DNA of 54,037 nucleotides from an uncultured Candidatus Saccharibacteria bacterium (GCA_964576745.1 CAZNUY010000003.1:1-54037); one strand, 5' to 3'; positions 35,049-44,444 are shown, counted from the stretch's first letter. The notes: generated from the sequence alone by a model not told the origin. A program made the numbers and translations.

Positions 35049-36773
35049 ATGAAGATGAATATGAAAGATGAGGAAAAACTATTTAAAGACATTGAGAACG
35101 GAAAATATCGTGAGTTCTATTTGGTCTATAATCGAAAAAGCACTGATGAACCTGACAATCAAAAGAACTCTATTTCATATCAAAAGAATCAGAATGTCCG
35201 ATTTGCAAAGTTAGAAGGATTGCCACTAGCGCCTCTCACCCTCAAAAGTTTTTGTGCAGACGGCATTATTTCAGAAAAACATTCAGGCTTTAAGGAAGAT
35301 AGTGAGATTACTATCACGAATGAGGGATTGGTCCAATATAAAATCGAGAGACCAAAATTCCAGAAACTTTTAATGTATTTAAGCCGAGGACTTTTTAAGG
35401 GTATTGTTTGTCTTTGTTGGGACCGAGTAAGTAGAAATAAAGGTGATGATACGGTTGTAAGAAAGCTTATGAAGAATGGCATTGATGTTCGGTTCGTCTT
35501 TGCCAAATACGACAAAACTAGCTCTGGTGAACTTCATATGGACATTGATGGCATGTTCTCGCAGCATCACTCACGAGTAACAAGTGAAAAAGTGTCTTTA
35601 ACAATTAAGCACGCTAGAGAGAAAGGTAAATGCACTAACCGAGCTCCTATCGGTTATCTCAATGAAGGAAATATGGATTATAAGCCGCTGGACCCTGAAA
35701 GAGCGCCCATAATCCGTAGACTTTATGAGCTTTATAGTACCGGAGATTGGAGCTTATCTGATCTAGCTCGATATGCAAATGAGCAAGGCTTAACTACCGT
35801 TGCTATGAGACGTAAGAGAACAGAGGAAGAGAAACTCGCTGAAGAGGAAGATGATAATTTGATAGATATTCCAAAAGTATCTCGTCCAATTACCCAAAAT
35901 CATGTTCACCGGATGCTGACTAGTCCATTTTATATTGGAATGGTCCCTGCTGGTAATGGAAAACATACTCGAAGTTCAAGCCATCAACCATTAGTACCGG
36001 TAAATCTTTTTAATGATGTACAGCAACTATTAAGAAAGAACAAAACGAGTATTCACTATACTGAAAAGTTAGACCTTCCATTACGAGGGTTGGTTCGATG
36101 CGCTCTGTGTCAACGAATTTATACTCCTTACGTGAAAAAAGGCATTACTTATTACAGTTCACGATGTGTTGCTGGTTGTGAGAATAAGACTAAAAATTTT
36201 AATTTCGATTATATTGCTGACAAAATTGGTGAAAAGATAGCAAAACTTCACTATACCGAAGACGAACTAGCTGAAATGGATGCTCGCAGCAGTACCCAAA
36301 TATCTTTATTGGAAGAAAAACGATCAACGAAAATAGAAGAGATGGAAAGAAAGAAGAAAGTTCTTCGTGAGCAACTAAAATATATTAGGGTTGATAGACT
36401 TCCGCTTTTACATAGTGGGGCTTATACACCTGAAGGTATTGTGGCTGAGGAAAAGAGACTTGAAGGAGAGATTGCAGCACTAATGACTGACGAACAAGTT
36501 TCAGAGGAAGCAATGTCAGAAACAGTGAAGGACATAACGCAACTTTCAGAACTCCTAAAAAGGTCCGTACCTTATTACGATTTTGCAAAACCACACAAAA
36601 AAGAGTTGATTGCCCGTTGTATCTTTTCAGAACTCTTGTTGTCCGGAGATACGTTGCAACATAAGGTTAAAAAAGGATTTGAGGCCTTTGAAAACCGTTT
36701 TGTTGCGAATTGTGACCCTACGGGGAGTCGAACCCCGATTACAGCCTTGAGAAGGCCGTGTCCTAACCATTAG
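35049..36773 (+). CDS. large serine recombinase (integrase)
   Basis: 574-aa ORF; resolvase-type catalytic region YLVYNRKSTDE...SYQK and CWDRVSRN; recombinase domain; zinc-ribbon CALCQRIY...; coiled-coil tail. The last 20 codons and the TAG stop are antisense to tRNA-Glu. Confidence 0.85.
   Translation: MKMNMKDEEKLFKDIENGKYREFYLVYNRKSTDEPDNQKNSISYQKNQNVRFAKLEGLPLAPLTLKSFCADGIISEKHSGFKEDSEITITNEGLVQYKIERPKFQKLLMYLSRGLFKGIVCLCWDRVSRNKGDDTVVRKLMKNGIDVRFVFAKYDKTSSGELHMDIDGMFSQHHSRVTSEKVSLTIKHAREKGKCTNRAPIGYLNEGNMDYKPLDPERAPIIRRLYELYSTGDWSLSDLARYANEQGLTTVAMRRKRTEEEKLAEEEDDNLIDIPKVSRPITQNHVHRMLTSPFYIGMVPAGNGKHTRSSSHQPLVPVNLFNDVQQLLRKNKTSIHYTEKLDLPLRGLVRCALCQRIYTPYVKKGITYYSSRCVAGCENKTKNFNFDYIADKIGEKIAKLHYTEDELAEMDARSSTQISLLEEKRSTKIEEMERKKKVLREQLKYIRVDRLPLLHSGAYTPEGIVAEEKRLEGEIAALMTDEQVSEEAMSETVKDITQLSELLKRSVPYYDFAKPHKKELIARCIFSELLLSGDTLQHKVKKGFEAFENRFVANCDPTGSRTPITALRRPCPNH
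36710..36731. repeat. tRNA-proximal att-like direct repeat
   Basis: Identical to 18327-18348; covers the last 19 nt of tRNA-Glu plus 3 nt. Confidence 0.85.
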
Positions 36774-36784
36774 ACGATAGGGCC
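36713..36784 (-). tRNA. tRNA-Glu (anticodon CTC)
   Basis: Reverse complement reads GGCCCTA-TC-GTCT-AATGGTTA-GGAC-A-CGGCC-TTCTCAA-GGCTG-TAAT-CGGGG-TTCGACT-CCCCG-TAGGGTC-A, 72 nt, and all arms pair. Confidence 0.9.
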
Positions 36785-36823
36785 ATGTGAGATCCGAACA
36801 ATTAAATTCAAACGAATCACTAA

Positions 36824-38143
36824 CTACACCTTTTCCAACCACTCTTTTTCTTGCCTTACGAGCAGTCTATCGGCTTTTTCGGGTTCTTTCAAGAGTGCTT
36901 TGACCACGCGCTCCATCCGGATAGATTGAGATCCTTTTATCAAAATAACATCATTTGGATTGATCATTGGGAACAAAGTACCAGCGACTTCGGTAGAACG
37001 GTCAAAAGTCAAAACATTTTCTTCTTTCATACCTGATTTTATCGCTTCCTCGGCGGTGGCGTACGAGCGACTACCGACAGTAATGAGAATGTTGGCCACT
37101 TCAGCCACCTTCTTCCCTATTTCCCTATGTTGATCCGCCGAATATTTACCCAATTCCATCATGTCGCCGAGAACAGCGATCTTCTGACCACCAGTCTGGA
37201 TAGATTTGAGAGTATCAAGAGCAGTGACGACGGCGTCAGGAGAAGAATTGTAACTATCATCAATGATTATAGAATCATTTAGACCATTCAAAACATTCAT
37301 TCTTCCCTTTGGGGATTCGTGATTTTGCAGGGCAGAAATAACATTGTCAATATTTAATCCTTTGGACTTGGCTACTGCTATTGCGCAAAGATTTGGATAA
37401 ATGAGAGTACTACCCAAGACTTTTTTGTTTACCACCTCGTAATTTTTGCCATCTACTTGAATGCTAAATCCATAACCAGCAGGAAAATTATTTTCATATA
37501 CTATATGACCATTTGAACCACGGACTTCAGCGTTCTGACTTAGACCAAAAGTGATGACCTTGATATTAGTATCTAGCATTTTTGCAATGCTCAGAACTTT
37601 TTCATCATCACCATAGAGTATTACTGTACCACCCGATCTAACATTAGTTGCAAGGGCGGATTTTTCTAAGAATACCTGTTCTGCCGAATCAAAAAATTCT
37701 ACGTGTACAGGCGTGTTTGCAATCTTTGTTATAACAGCAATATTTGGACGAAGCCATCTAGCAACACTCTTTATGTCATTTGGATGATCTGCACCAATTT
37801 CTAGAACCAAAGTATCCGGATACGTTGTCCTTTTCATTATCAAAACAAAACCTTTCCAAATATTTTTTGACCAACCAGAGAGACTTTTCCAAGCATTTGG
37901 CGCGCCAATAATAGTTAGTGGTAGTCCAATCTCACTATTCATACTCTTATCACTTTTGCGGACGTAACCACCCCCGCTTCGAAGAGCGGTATATATTGCA
38001 TCTTTTGTTGAAGTCTTGCCGACACTACCCGTAACGGCAATGATAAAAGGCTTGTATTTGGCCAGAATCAATCGAGATTCTATGGTCAAAATGAAGGTCA
38101 AAATTTTCTTGATTAAATACATATAATGACGTGACTGCATCAT
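36824..38143 (-). CDS. murF: UDP-N-acetylmuramoyl-tripeptide--D-alanyl-D-alanine ligase
   Basis: 439-aa ORF; P-loop AVTGSVGKTSTK; Mur ligase layout; dcw-cluster position. Confidence 0.85.
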   Translation of the reverse strand: MMQSRHYMYLIKKILTFILTIESRLILAKYKPFIIAVTGSVGKTSTKDAIYTALRSGGGYVRKSDKSMNSEIGLPLTIIGAPNAWKSLSGWSKNIWKGFVLIMKRTTYPDTLVLEIGADHPNDIKSVARWLRPNIAVITKIANTPVHVEFFDSAEQVFLEKSALATNVRSGGTVILYGDDEKVLSIAKMLDTNIKVITFGLSQNAEVRGSNGHIVYENNFPAGYGFSIQVDGKNYEVVNKKVLGSTLIYPNLCAIAVAKSKGLNIDNVISALQNHESPKGRMNVLNGLNDSIIIDDSYNSSPDAVVTALDTLKSIQTGGQKIAVLGDMMELGKYSADQHREIGKKVAEVANILITVGSRSYATAEEAIKSGMKEENVLTFDRSTEVAGTLFPMINPNDVILIKGSQSIRMERVVKALLKEPEKADRLLVRQEKEWLEKV

Positions 38144-38150
38144 ACCTTTT

Positions 38151-39869
38151 TTATCTATCTGGCGCTATATTGAAATAATTGATAAGAAATTTTGCAATTT
38201 GATCGAATGGTTCGGTCAGAGTATCAGCAGCATATTCTGTTCCTTTTGGATAAACTTGAAATAGAAAGACTAAGTATTTTGGACTATATGCTGGAAAATA
38301 TCCAAAGAAAGAGTGTAAGTACCGATCAGGATAATATCCACCTTTTACATGGTCAGCCATCTGAGCAGTACCAGTTTTTGCTGCAATACTATAATGCTCA
38401 TTTTTTATTTTTCCCTGAAGAAGGGTTTCATCTACTACTTTGACAAGCATCTTTGTCACATCATCGGTTGTTTCTTTTTTCAGTATCGGGCCATTTTTTT
38501 GAATTGGCAAAATTTTGTTCGTGCCATCTGTATAACGAATTTCTCGGACTAAATGCGGGGTAATGGTGTAACCACCATTGGCAAGAACTGAAAGGGCTTT
38601 TGTAACAGCAATTGGCGAAACTGCAATACCTTGACCATATGCGGCGGTTGCAATTTCTACATCCCTACCAGTACGAAGGTTTCCAACAATTCCAGTTGCT
38701 TCATTGGGTAAATCAATACCAGTTTTTGAACCAATGCCATAACTGAAAAAATATTTAGCAAAGTCATCTTTTCCAACTTTAAGAGCCAGCGTAGCTGCAC
38801 CAACATTGAGAGAATAACTCAGCAAGTCTTGCATAGTTGTCTTACCTCGAGCTTTGTTATCGTGATTTGCTATTTTCTTACCACTTAGAGTCATCATGCC
38901 CGTATCTTCATAAGTAGAATTGATCGTCACCGCACCAAAATCTAGAGCTGTCGCCATTGTCAGTGGTTTTATTATTGATCCCATTTCATAAGCATTTTCC
39001 ACGAGTGGATTTGAAAAAACTTTTACATCACTTATACCACTAGTATCATTTGGATTAAAATTTGGCAAAGAAGCCATTGCCAAAATTTCTCCGTTATTGG
39101 GATCTATAATAACACCTCCAATATTTTCTGGTTGCCATTTATTCTTAGTTTGTTCTAGGATTTTTTCTAAATATTTTTGAGCTGTAGGTTCTATTGTTGT
39201 CACGATATCACCCTGTTTATGTAAAGAATTATTTTCATCATCTATATTTTTATTACCAAAAAGCTCTGCAAATAAATAGTTATTAGACGCTAGATTTGAA
39301 CGTCTCAAAACATTTTCATAAAATCTCTCCAATCCATAACGACCAACAATAGCACTTGAACTTGCACTTTCACCCAACAATCCAAGTTCATGAGATAACA
39401 TCTGATTGCCGGGGTATATTCTCCAAACTTCCTTGGTGGCTCCAAGACCTGCAATTTTTAGATTCCGAATTGATACGGCTATTTCTTCAGAAACCTGACT
39501 TGCTAATTCTTCATATTTATCATTTTTTTTACCGGCTTTCCTCAAAAATTCCTCTTCCTCAATATCGATATAGTCTGAAATAGCTCGAAATACAGTCTGA
39601 GGATCAGAAATCAAACTTGGATTGATGTATATTTTATAGCCACTTTTCAACGTTGCTCCTTGAACTTTTGTACTATCTTTTGCAGTGAGAAATATCGAAC
39701 CTCGATTTAAAATAGTCACGTCTTTCTCAACATACTGTAATTCTGCTTTCTTTGCATATTCACTTCCCCGCACTATCTGTAACCAATACAAAGTCGAAAC
39801 CAGCGCTACTCCAACTAGTAGCGCAATAATGAGGACTATTCTTGCTCTAAATTTAATACTAGCGTTCAT
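38151..39869 (-). CDS. ftsI: class B penicillin-binding protein (FtsI-type transpeptidase)
   Basis: 572-aa ORF; SIIK (SxxK), SLN (SxN) and KTGTA motifs; dcw-cluster position. Confidence 0.8.
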   Translation of the reverse strand: MNASIKFRARIVLIIALLVGVALVSTLYWLQIVRGSEYAKKAELQYVEKDVTILNRGSIFLTAKDSTKVQGATLKSGYKIYINPSLISDPQTVFRAISDYIDIEEEEFLRKAGKKNDKYEELASQVSEEIAVSIRNLKIAGLGATKEVWRIYPGNQMLSHELGLLGESASSSAIVGRYGLERFYENVLRRSNLASNNYLFAELFGNKNIDDENNSLHKQGDIVTTIEPTAQKYLEKILEQTKNKWQPENIGGVIIDPNNGEILAMASLPNFNPNDTSGISDVKVFSNPLVENAYEMGSIIKPLTMATALDFGAVTINSTYEDTGMMTLSGKKIANHDNKARGKTTMQDLLSYSLNVGAATLALKVGKDDFAKYFFSYGIGSKTGIDLPNEATGIVGNLRTGRDVEIATAAYGQGIAVSPIAVTKALSVLANGGYTITPHLVREIRYTDGTNKILPIQKNGPILKKETTDDVTKMLVKVVDETLLQGKIKNEHYSIAAKTGTAQMADHVKGGYYPDRYLHSFFGYFPAYSPKYLVFLFQVYPKGTEYAADTLTEPFDQIAKFLINYFNIAPDR

Positions 39870-40215
39870 TTCTCAAAGCCATGTGATTAAACTGATCATT
39901 ATAACCAATTTGTAACACAGGGACCTTTGAGATATACATACTAACTTTACCTTTGGTCATACCGTAGTCACCAAGATTATCTGGGTTTATATTTCCAGAA
40001 AGACTGAGATACTGAGAATCCAGTTCATCAACACTACTACTCAATACTGTCATTTTTGCCTCTGTTTGTTGGACGGCAACAGTATTGGATATAACTTTAA
40101 ACAGATTTAAAGAATACATTACGACTAGAATCAAACACCCAATCAAAAAGGTGTACGATATTATTTTCAGATTATCATTCAATTTGCTGTATGTCTGGGT
40201 GATTGCTTTAGTCAT
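39859..40215 (-). CDS. FtsL-like small bitopic membrane protein
   Basis: 118-aa ORF with a single TM helix, located between rsmH and ftsI. Confidence 0.4.
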   Translation of the reverse strand: MTKAITQTYSKLNDNLKIISYTFLIGCLILVVMYSLNLFKVISNTVAVQQTEAKMTVLSSSVDELDSQYLSLSGNINPDNLGDYGMTKGKVSMYISKVPVLQIGYNDQFNHMALRNER

Positions 40216-40232
40216 ATTTTATTAAAATTTAC

Positions 40233-41180
40233 TTATAATTTTGTTTTTTCTAAAATTCTCAATTTTGCACTTCGTGACCTTGGATTTTCTAATATTTCTT
40301 GCTCTTTTGCGGTAATCGGTTTTTTTGTAATTATTATTGCTTCATCGTTCAATTTTTCTTTAAAAAATTCTTTGACAATTCTATCTTCCAAACTATGAAA
40401 TGAAATAACTGCAAATCTTCCGCCTTTATTCAAAACTTCGTAACCTTTTCTCAAACCTTCCTTGAGCGCTCCAAGCTCATCGTTGACCGCTATCCTCAAA
40501 GCCTGAAATGTCTTTGTTGCCGGATGTATCCTGCCCCTCCTATAGAATCCTGGAACTGAGATCTTGACCAATTCTGCTAGCTCCATCGTGGATTCAATCT
40601 GCTTTTTCAAGCGATAATTGATGATCGCTCTAGCTATCCTTCTTGCAAATTTCTCTTCTGCATAACCAAAGATAATATTTGCTATAACCTCTTCATCCCA
40701 TTTATTGACTATATCTTTTGCGGTAAAAGGATACTTTTCTGGATCACCCATTGTCATAAGCAAAGGTTCATCTTTCTGGAAAGTAAATCCACGGTCGGAA
40801 TTATCCAGTTCATCTGATGAAATACCCAAATCCAAGAGAATAATGTCGACTTTGGAAATTTGATGCTTCGACAAGACAGAGTCTAGATTTCTAAAATTCT
40901 CATTTTGGAGAATCAGATTTTTGCTTTGATTCTTTAGAGTTATTTTGGCCCGATCGAGAGCTAATTGATCTCGATCCAAACCGACGATAACGTCTAGTTT
41001 ACCATCGAGCGCTTTTGCAATAGCAAGAGCATGACCTGCACCTCCTAAAGTACCATCAAGATATACATTAGTCCTCTTAAGAGTACCTGTTTTTTGTCTC
41101 TCTTTTGGTACTAGACCATCGACAACTTCATGTAAAAGAACAGCCTTATGAACACTTTCTCTAAATTTGGCACTCTCCAT
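40233..41180 (-). CDS. rsmH: 16S rRNA (cytosine1402-N4)-methyltransferase RsmH/MraW
   Basis: 315-aa ORF; HKAVLLHEV..YLDGTLGGAGHA..SFHSLEDR motifs. Confidence 0.9.
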   Translation of the reverse strand: MESAKFRESVHKAVLLHEVVDGLVPKERQKTGTLKRTNVYLDGTLGGAGHALAIAKALDGKLDVIVGLDRDQLALDRAKITLKNQSKNLILQNENFRNLDSVLSKHQISKVDIILLDLGISSDELDNSDRGFTFQKDEPLLMTMGDPEKYPFTAKDIVNKWDEEVIANIIFGYAEEKFARRIARAIINYRLKKQIESTMELAELVKISVPGFYRRGRIHPATKTFQALRIAVNDELGALKEGLRKGYEVLNKGGRFAVISFHSLEDRIVKEFFKEKLNDEAIIITKKPITAKEQEILENPRSRSAKLRILEKTKL

Positions 41181-41184
41181 AAGA

Positions 41185-41625
41185 TTAGATCATGCCAGCC
41201 TGACCGAGTTTCTCCGCCAGAGCACCAGCCTTACTCTCTACGTCACCGCGATATGAATTCCAAGCATCTTCATCCCAGAGCTCAGCGCGATCCTTGACAC
41301 CTATGAAGACTACTTTATTCTTCAACTTTGCTCGTTCGCGCAAATATTCCGGAAGAAGCATTCGACCAACACCATCAATCTCGACCTCAACCGCTCCTCC
41401 TAAGAGGTAGCGGTTGAAACCTCGATTGTCCGCCTGGAGTATCGAGCTTTCTTTCACTGACAAACGCTCGGCTATCTTTTCCCATTCCTTCATCGAAAAG
41501 ATGAACAAACAAGAATCGAGACCTGGCGTAATTACCACTTTCTTTCCCATTTCCTTGCGAAATTTCGCCGGAAGGGAGAGGCGGTTTTTGTCATCGATAG
41601 TGTGAGAGTATTGCCCGATGATCAT
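41185..41625 (-). CDS. mraZ: transcriptional regulator MraZ
   Basis: 146-aa ORF with two DxxxR-type repeats (IDDKNRLSLPAKFR; IDGVGRMLLPEYLR). Confidence 0.9.
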   Translation of the reverse strand: MIIGQYSHTIDDKNRLSLPAKFRKEMGKKVVITPGLDSCLFIFSMKEWEKIAERLSVKESSILQADNRGFNRYLLGGAVEVEIDGVGRMLLPEYLRERAKLKNKVVFIGVKDRAELWDEDAWNSYRGDVESKAGALAEKLGQAGMI

Positions 41626-41691
41626 ATGCTTGTAGGAATTGTGGTATTAGAGTGATCGTTCAAAATTTAAAATTATGAGATTCACCGCATA

Positions 41692-41728
41692 CCACTTCTT
41701 CCCACTTAGTGGATATTTTATACCACTT
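41692..41728 (-). promoter_or_regulatory. candidate MraZ operator: three AAGTGG boxes on the minus strand, spacing 10 and 21 bp
   Basis: Plus-strand CCACTT at 41692, 41702 and 41723, upstream of mraZ. MraZ is known to bind phased GTG-containing direct repeats in its own promoter. Confidence 0.45.
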
Positions 41729-41766
41729 TGATGATTTTTTCCAATAAAAACAGTGGATAAGTCCTT

Positions 41767-41803
41767 CTGAGGCGCAACCTCAGTCACTGAGGCTGCGCCT
41801 CAG
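41767..41803. repeat. REP doublet (inverted pair of 17-nt hairpins)
   Basis: ctgaggcgcaacctcag-tca-ctgaggctgcgcctcag. Confidence 0.75.
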
Positions 41804-41871
41804 GAAAAATTTATTGTTTTTTGATAATTATTTTATCTAGATTTTATCTCTGTCTGATATTATTGGCGTCA

Positions 41872-41888
41872 CCGAGGCTGCGCCTCGG
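41872..41888. repeat. single variant REP hairpin just upstream of the RAYT start codon
   Basis: ccgaggctgcgcctcgg. Confidence 0.6.
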
Positions 41889-41894
41889 GAAAAA

Positions 41895-42503
41895 ATGTCT
41901 TACCACCACATATACAATCGCGGTGCGCACAAAGCTCCAATTTTCCATGAAAATTCTGATTATATTCGCATGTTGAAACTACTCTATGTTGCGAATTCTT
42001 CCTCAGCTTTTCAACTCCGAGACCACGGAGAAGCTAATATCTTCGAAATAAATCGTTCGGACACACTTCTTGATATTGTCTGCTATTGCTTGATGCCGAA
42101 CCATATACATATAGCAGTAAAATCCAAAAGTGATCTTGAAAACGACCCCAGTATCACAAAGTTTATGCATAAACTATGCACTGGTTATTCTATGTATTTC
42201 AATTTGAAGTACAAACACTCCGGGACACTTTGGGAAGGTGGTTTTAAGAAAAAAATTGCAGATGACGAATTAGATTATATAAAAATTCTCATAAATTACA
42301 TTCACCTAAATCCATACAGCATCAAAGAACCTCAAATGACAAAAGAAGCCAGAAAGGAACATCCTCAAGAAGCTTTTGAATATTCTAAAAATTACGAATA
42401 CTCGAGCCTAAAAGATTATCTCGGCGAAGTTAGACCCCAAGGCACTATCCTTTGCGATAGCGAACTCAAAATATGGCTCAACACTGAGGCGCAACCTCAG
42501 TGA
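41895..42503 (+). CDS. REP-associated tyrosine transposase (RAYT, IS200/Y1 HUH family)
   Basis: 202-aa ORF; HUH motif MPNHIHIAV; downstream YIHLNPY Tyr motif; flanked by REP doublets. Confidence 0.8.
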   Translation: MSYHHIYNRGAHKAPIFHENSDYIRMLKLLYVANSSSAFQLRDHGEANIFEINRSDTLLDIVCYCLMPNHIHIAVKSKSDLENDPSITKFMHKLCTGYSMYFNLKYKHSGTLWEGGFKKKIADDELDYIKILINYIHLNPYSIKEPQMTKEARKEHPQEAFEYSKNYEYSSLKDYLGEVRPQGTILCDSELKIWLNTEAQPQ

Positions 42504-42520
42504 CTGAGGCTGCGCCTCAG
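42484..42520. repeat. REP doublet overlapping the stop codons of both RAYT and lysS
   Basis: ctgaggcgcaacctcag-tga-ctgaggctgcgcctcag. The spacer tga is the RAYT stop, and the lysS stop (42517-42519) lies in the second hairpin. Confidence 0.75.
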
Positions 42521-43971
42521 TTCCGCGGTTTAACCAACGGGAACAACTGCGTTTCTCGAAGAGGTTTGTTGGAAAGCACTGCAAATAACCGCTCACCAAA
42601 ACCAAAGCCACAAGTTGGAGGCATGCCGTGTTCGAGCATAGTGACAAATTCATCGTCAGACATCATTGCCTCTCTGTCGCCACCATCCAAAAGTTTCTTT
42701 TGCTCAGCAAAACGTTCTGCTTGATCGAGAGGGTCATTTAGCTCAGAATATCCTCTACCTATCTCGCTTCCAGCTATTATTGGTTGGAACATCTGCACCA
42801 CATCCCTACCAGAGACGCTCTTCGCCAGAGGTGCAACCAACTTTGGATGATTGATCAAGAACGCAGGACCAGCGATATTCTTGCGACAATATTTCCACAA
42901 GGTGTCGATAAGTCTCTCACGGTTTGCCCCTTCATAACTGATCTTGAGCTCGCTCAAGCGGTCTTTTATTTCTTCATCGGTAGCCGAAAGAATATCAACT
43001 CCAGTCTGTTTCTTTATTTCCTCAGAATAATCAATCTCAACCCAATCGTGATTGAGGTCAAAACTATGATCACGATATGTGAACTTGGTAGTACCAAATA
43101 CTTCATTTGCAATCTTGCGATACATCTTTACTACAAGAGCCATTCCGTCATGGTAATCAGCATATGACCAATAAAACTCCATATTTGTAAACTCTTGTAA
43201 ATGTTCCACACTCGAACCTTCGTTGCGATAGACTCGGCCAATCTCAAACGTTTTTGGAAAACCTCCTGCCATCAGCCTCTTTTGCCACAATTCACCGACA
43301 GAAATTCGTAAATATACGTCAAGATCAAAATCGTTGTGATGTGTTTTAAACGGTGTTGCTTCTGCTCCGCCAGTAGTCACTTCCAAAGTAGGAGTCTCAA
43401 CCTCAAGAAAGCCTTCTTCTTCGAGAAAATTTCGAGTCACCTTCCAAAACCTGGCTTTTTTGTAAAATAATTCTCGCCCCTCTGGATCCATAATAAAATC
43501 CAAATATCTTTTGCGAAGCTTCTCGTCTGGATCGACGAGACCGTGCCATTTTTCTGGTAATGGTAATAGCGCCTTGGAAGTCATGGTCCAAGATGAAACC
43601 AGAAGACTTTGTTCTCCTCTTTGAGTTACAAAAAATGTACCAGTGACACTAATAATGTCACCTATATCAACGGCCGAATTGAATAAATCAAATAGGTCAG
43701 ATTGTAAGACGTCCTTTTTTATTACCGCCTGAAATGTTGCCTTACCATCATCTAGAACAACGAATAAAATTGCACCTTGCCCTCTGATAGCCATAACACG
43801 CCCGCAAAGAGAAACCTCTTTCTTTTCTTTTTCGAAGTCCACGAAATTTGCCCTTGCATCAGCCAGACAAAAAGTCCTTGGAACCTTGGCTGGATAAGCA
43901 TCCATTCCAGCCTTCTTCAATAATTCCAGTTTTTTTAATCTTGCGGACCTTAATTCTTCTAATGAAGCCAT
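42517..43971 (-). CDS. lysS: class II lysyl-tRNA synthetase
   Basis: 484-aa ORF; OB-fold N-terminal domain; class II motifs (FEIGRVYRNEG; GFGFGERL). Confidence 0.9.
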   Translation of the reverse strand: MASLEELRSARLKKLELLKKAGMDAYPAKVPRTFCLADARANFVDFEKEKKEVSLCGRVMAIRGQGAILFVVLDDGKATFQAVIKKDVLQSDLFDLFNSAVDIGDIISVTGTFFVTQRGEQSLLVSSWTMTSKALLPLPEKWHGLVDPDEKLRKRYLDFIMDPEGRELFYKKARFWKVTRNFLEEEGFLEVETPTLEVTTGGAEATPFKTHHNDFDLDVYLRISVGELWQKRLMAGGFPKTFEIGRVYRNEGSSVEHLQEFTNMEFYWSYADYHDGMALVVKMYRKIANEVFGTTKFTYRDHSFDLNHDWVEIDYSEEIKKQTGVDILSATDEEIKDRLSELKISYEGANRERLIDTLWKYCRKNIAGPAFLINHPKLVAPLAKSVSGRDVVQMFQPIIAGSEIGRGYSELNDPLDQAERFAEQKKLLDGGDREAMMSDDEFVTMLEHGMPPTCGFGFGERLFAVLSNKPLRETQLFPLVKPRN

Positions 43972-43973
43972 TT

Positions 43974-44444
43974 TTATTTTATTATGTCTTCTATTTTGTA
44001 GTTTATCTTGCCTTTTGGAGCTGAAACTGTGACATTATCGCCCTTTTTGTGGCCAACAAGAGCCAACCCAAGTGGTGATAAATTTGAGATCTTACCCAAA
44101 GACATATCTGATTCTTCTGAACCAACAAGTGTATAAAGAAAAGATTTGTTATCACCGTCTTTTTGTAATCTAAAAGTAGAACCTATCGTAATAACATCAG
44201 TGCCTCCAGTTCCAATCATTACAGAATTTTTGATCAAATTTTCGAGTTTTCCTATACGAGCCTCGACTTCTGCTTGATCTTCACGAGCTTGATGATACTC
44301 TGCATTCTCTGACAAGTCACCAAGTTTCTTTGCATATTCGAGATGCTCAGCTATCTCTTTTCTCTTATTGACCTTCAAAAATTCTAGCTCTTTAACGAGT
44401 TCTTGATGTTTTTCTGCGGTCAGATATTGTACTTCGTTTGACAT
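43974..44444 (-). CDS. greA: transcription elongation factor GreA
   Basis: 156-aa ORF; N-terminal coiled coil with GDLSENAEY and a C-terminal FKBP-like domain. Confidence 0.9.
   Translation of the reverse strand: MSNEVQYLTAEKHQELVKELEFLKVNKRKEIAEHLEYAKKLGDLSENAEYHQAREDQAEVEARIGKLENLIKNSVMIGTGGTDVITIGSTFRLQKDGDNKSFLYTLVGSEESDMSLGKISNLSPLGLALVGHKKGDNVTVSAPKGKINYKIEDIIK

Larger units (their letters stand above)
18327..36731. mobile_element. integrated genomic island at the 3' end of tRNA-Glu(CUC), about 18.4 kb, large serine recombinase at the tRNA-proximal end
   Basis: 22-nt direct repeat ttgtgaccctacggggagtcga at 18327-18348 and 36710-36731. A recombinase, iterons, foreign-composition cargo and hypothetical genes lie between the repeats; housekeeping genes lie outside. 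Confidence 0.75.
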
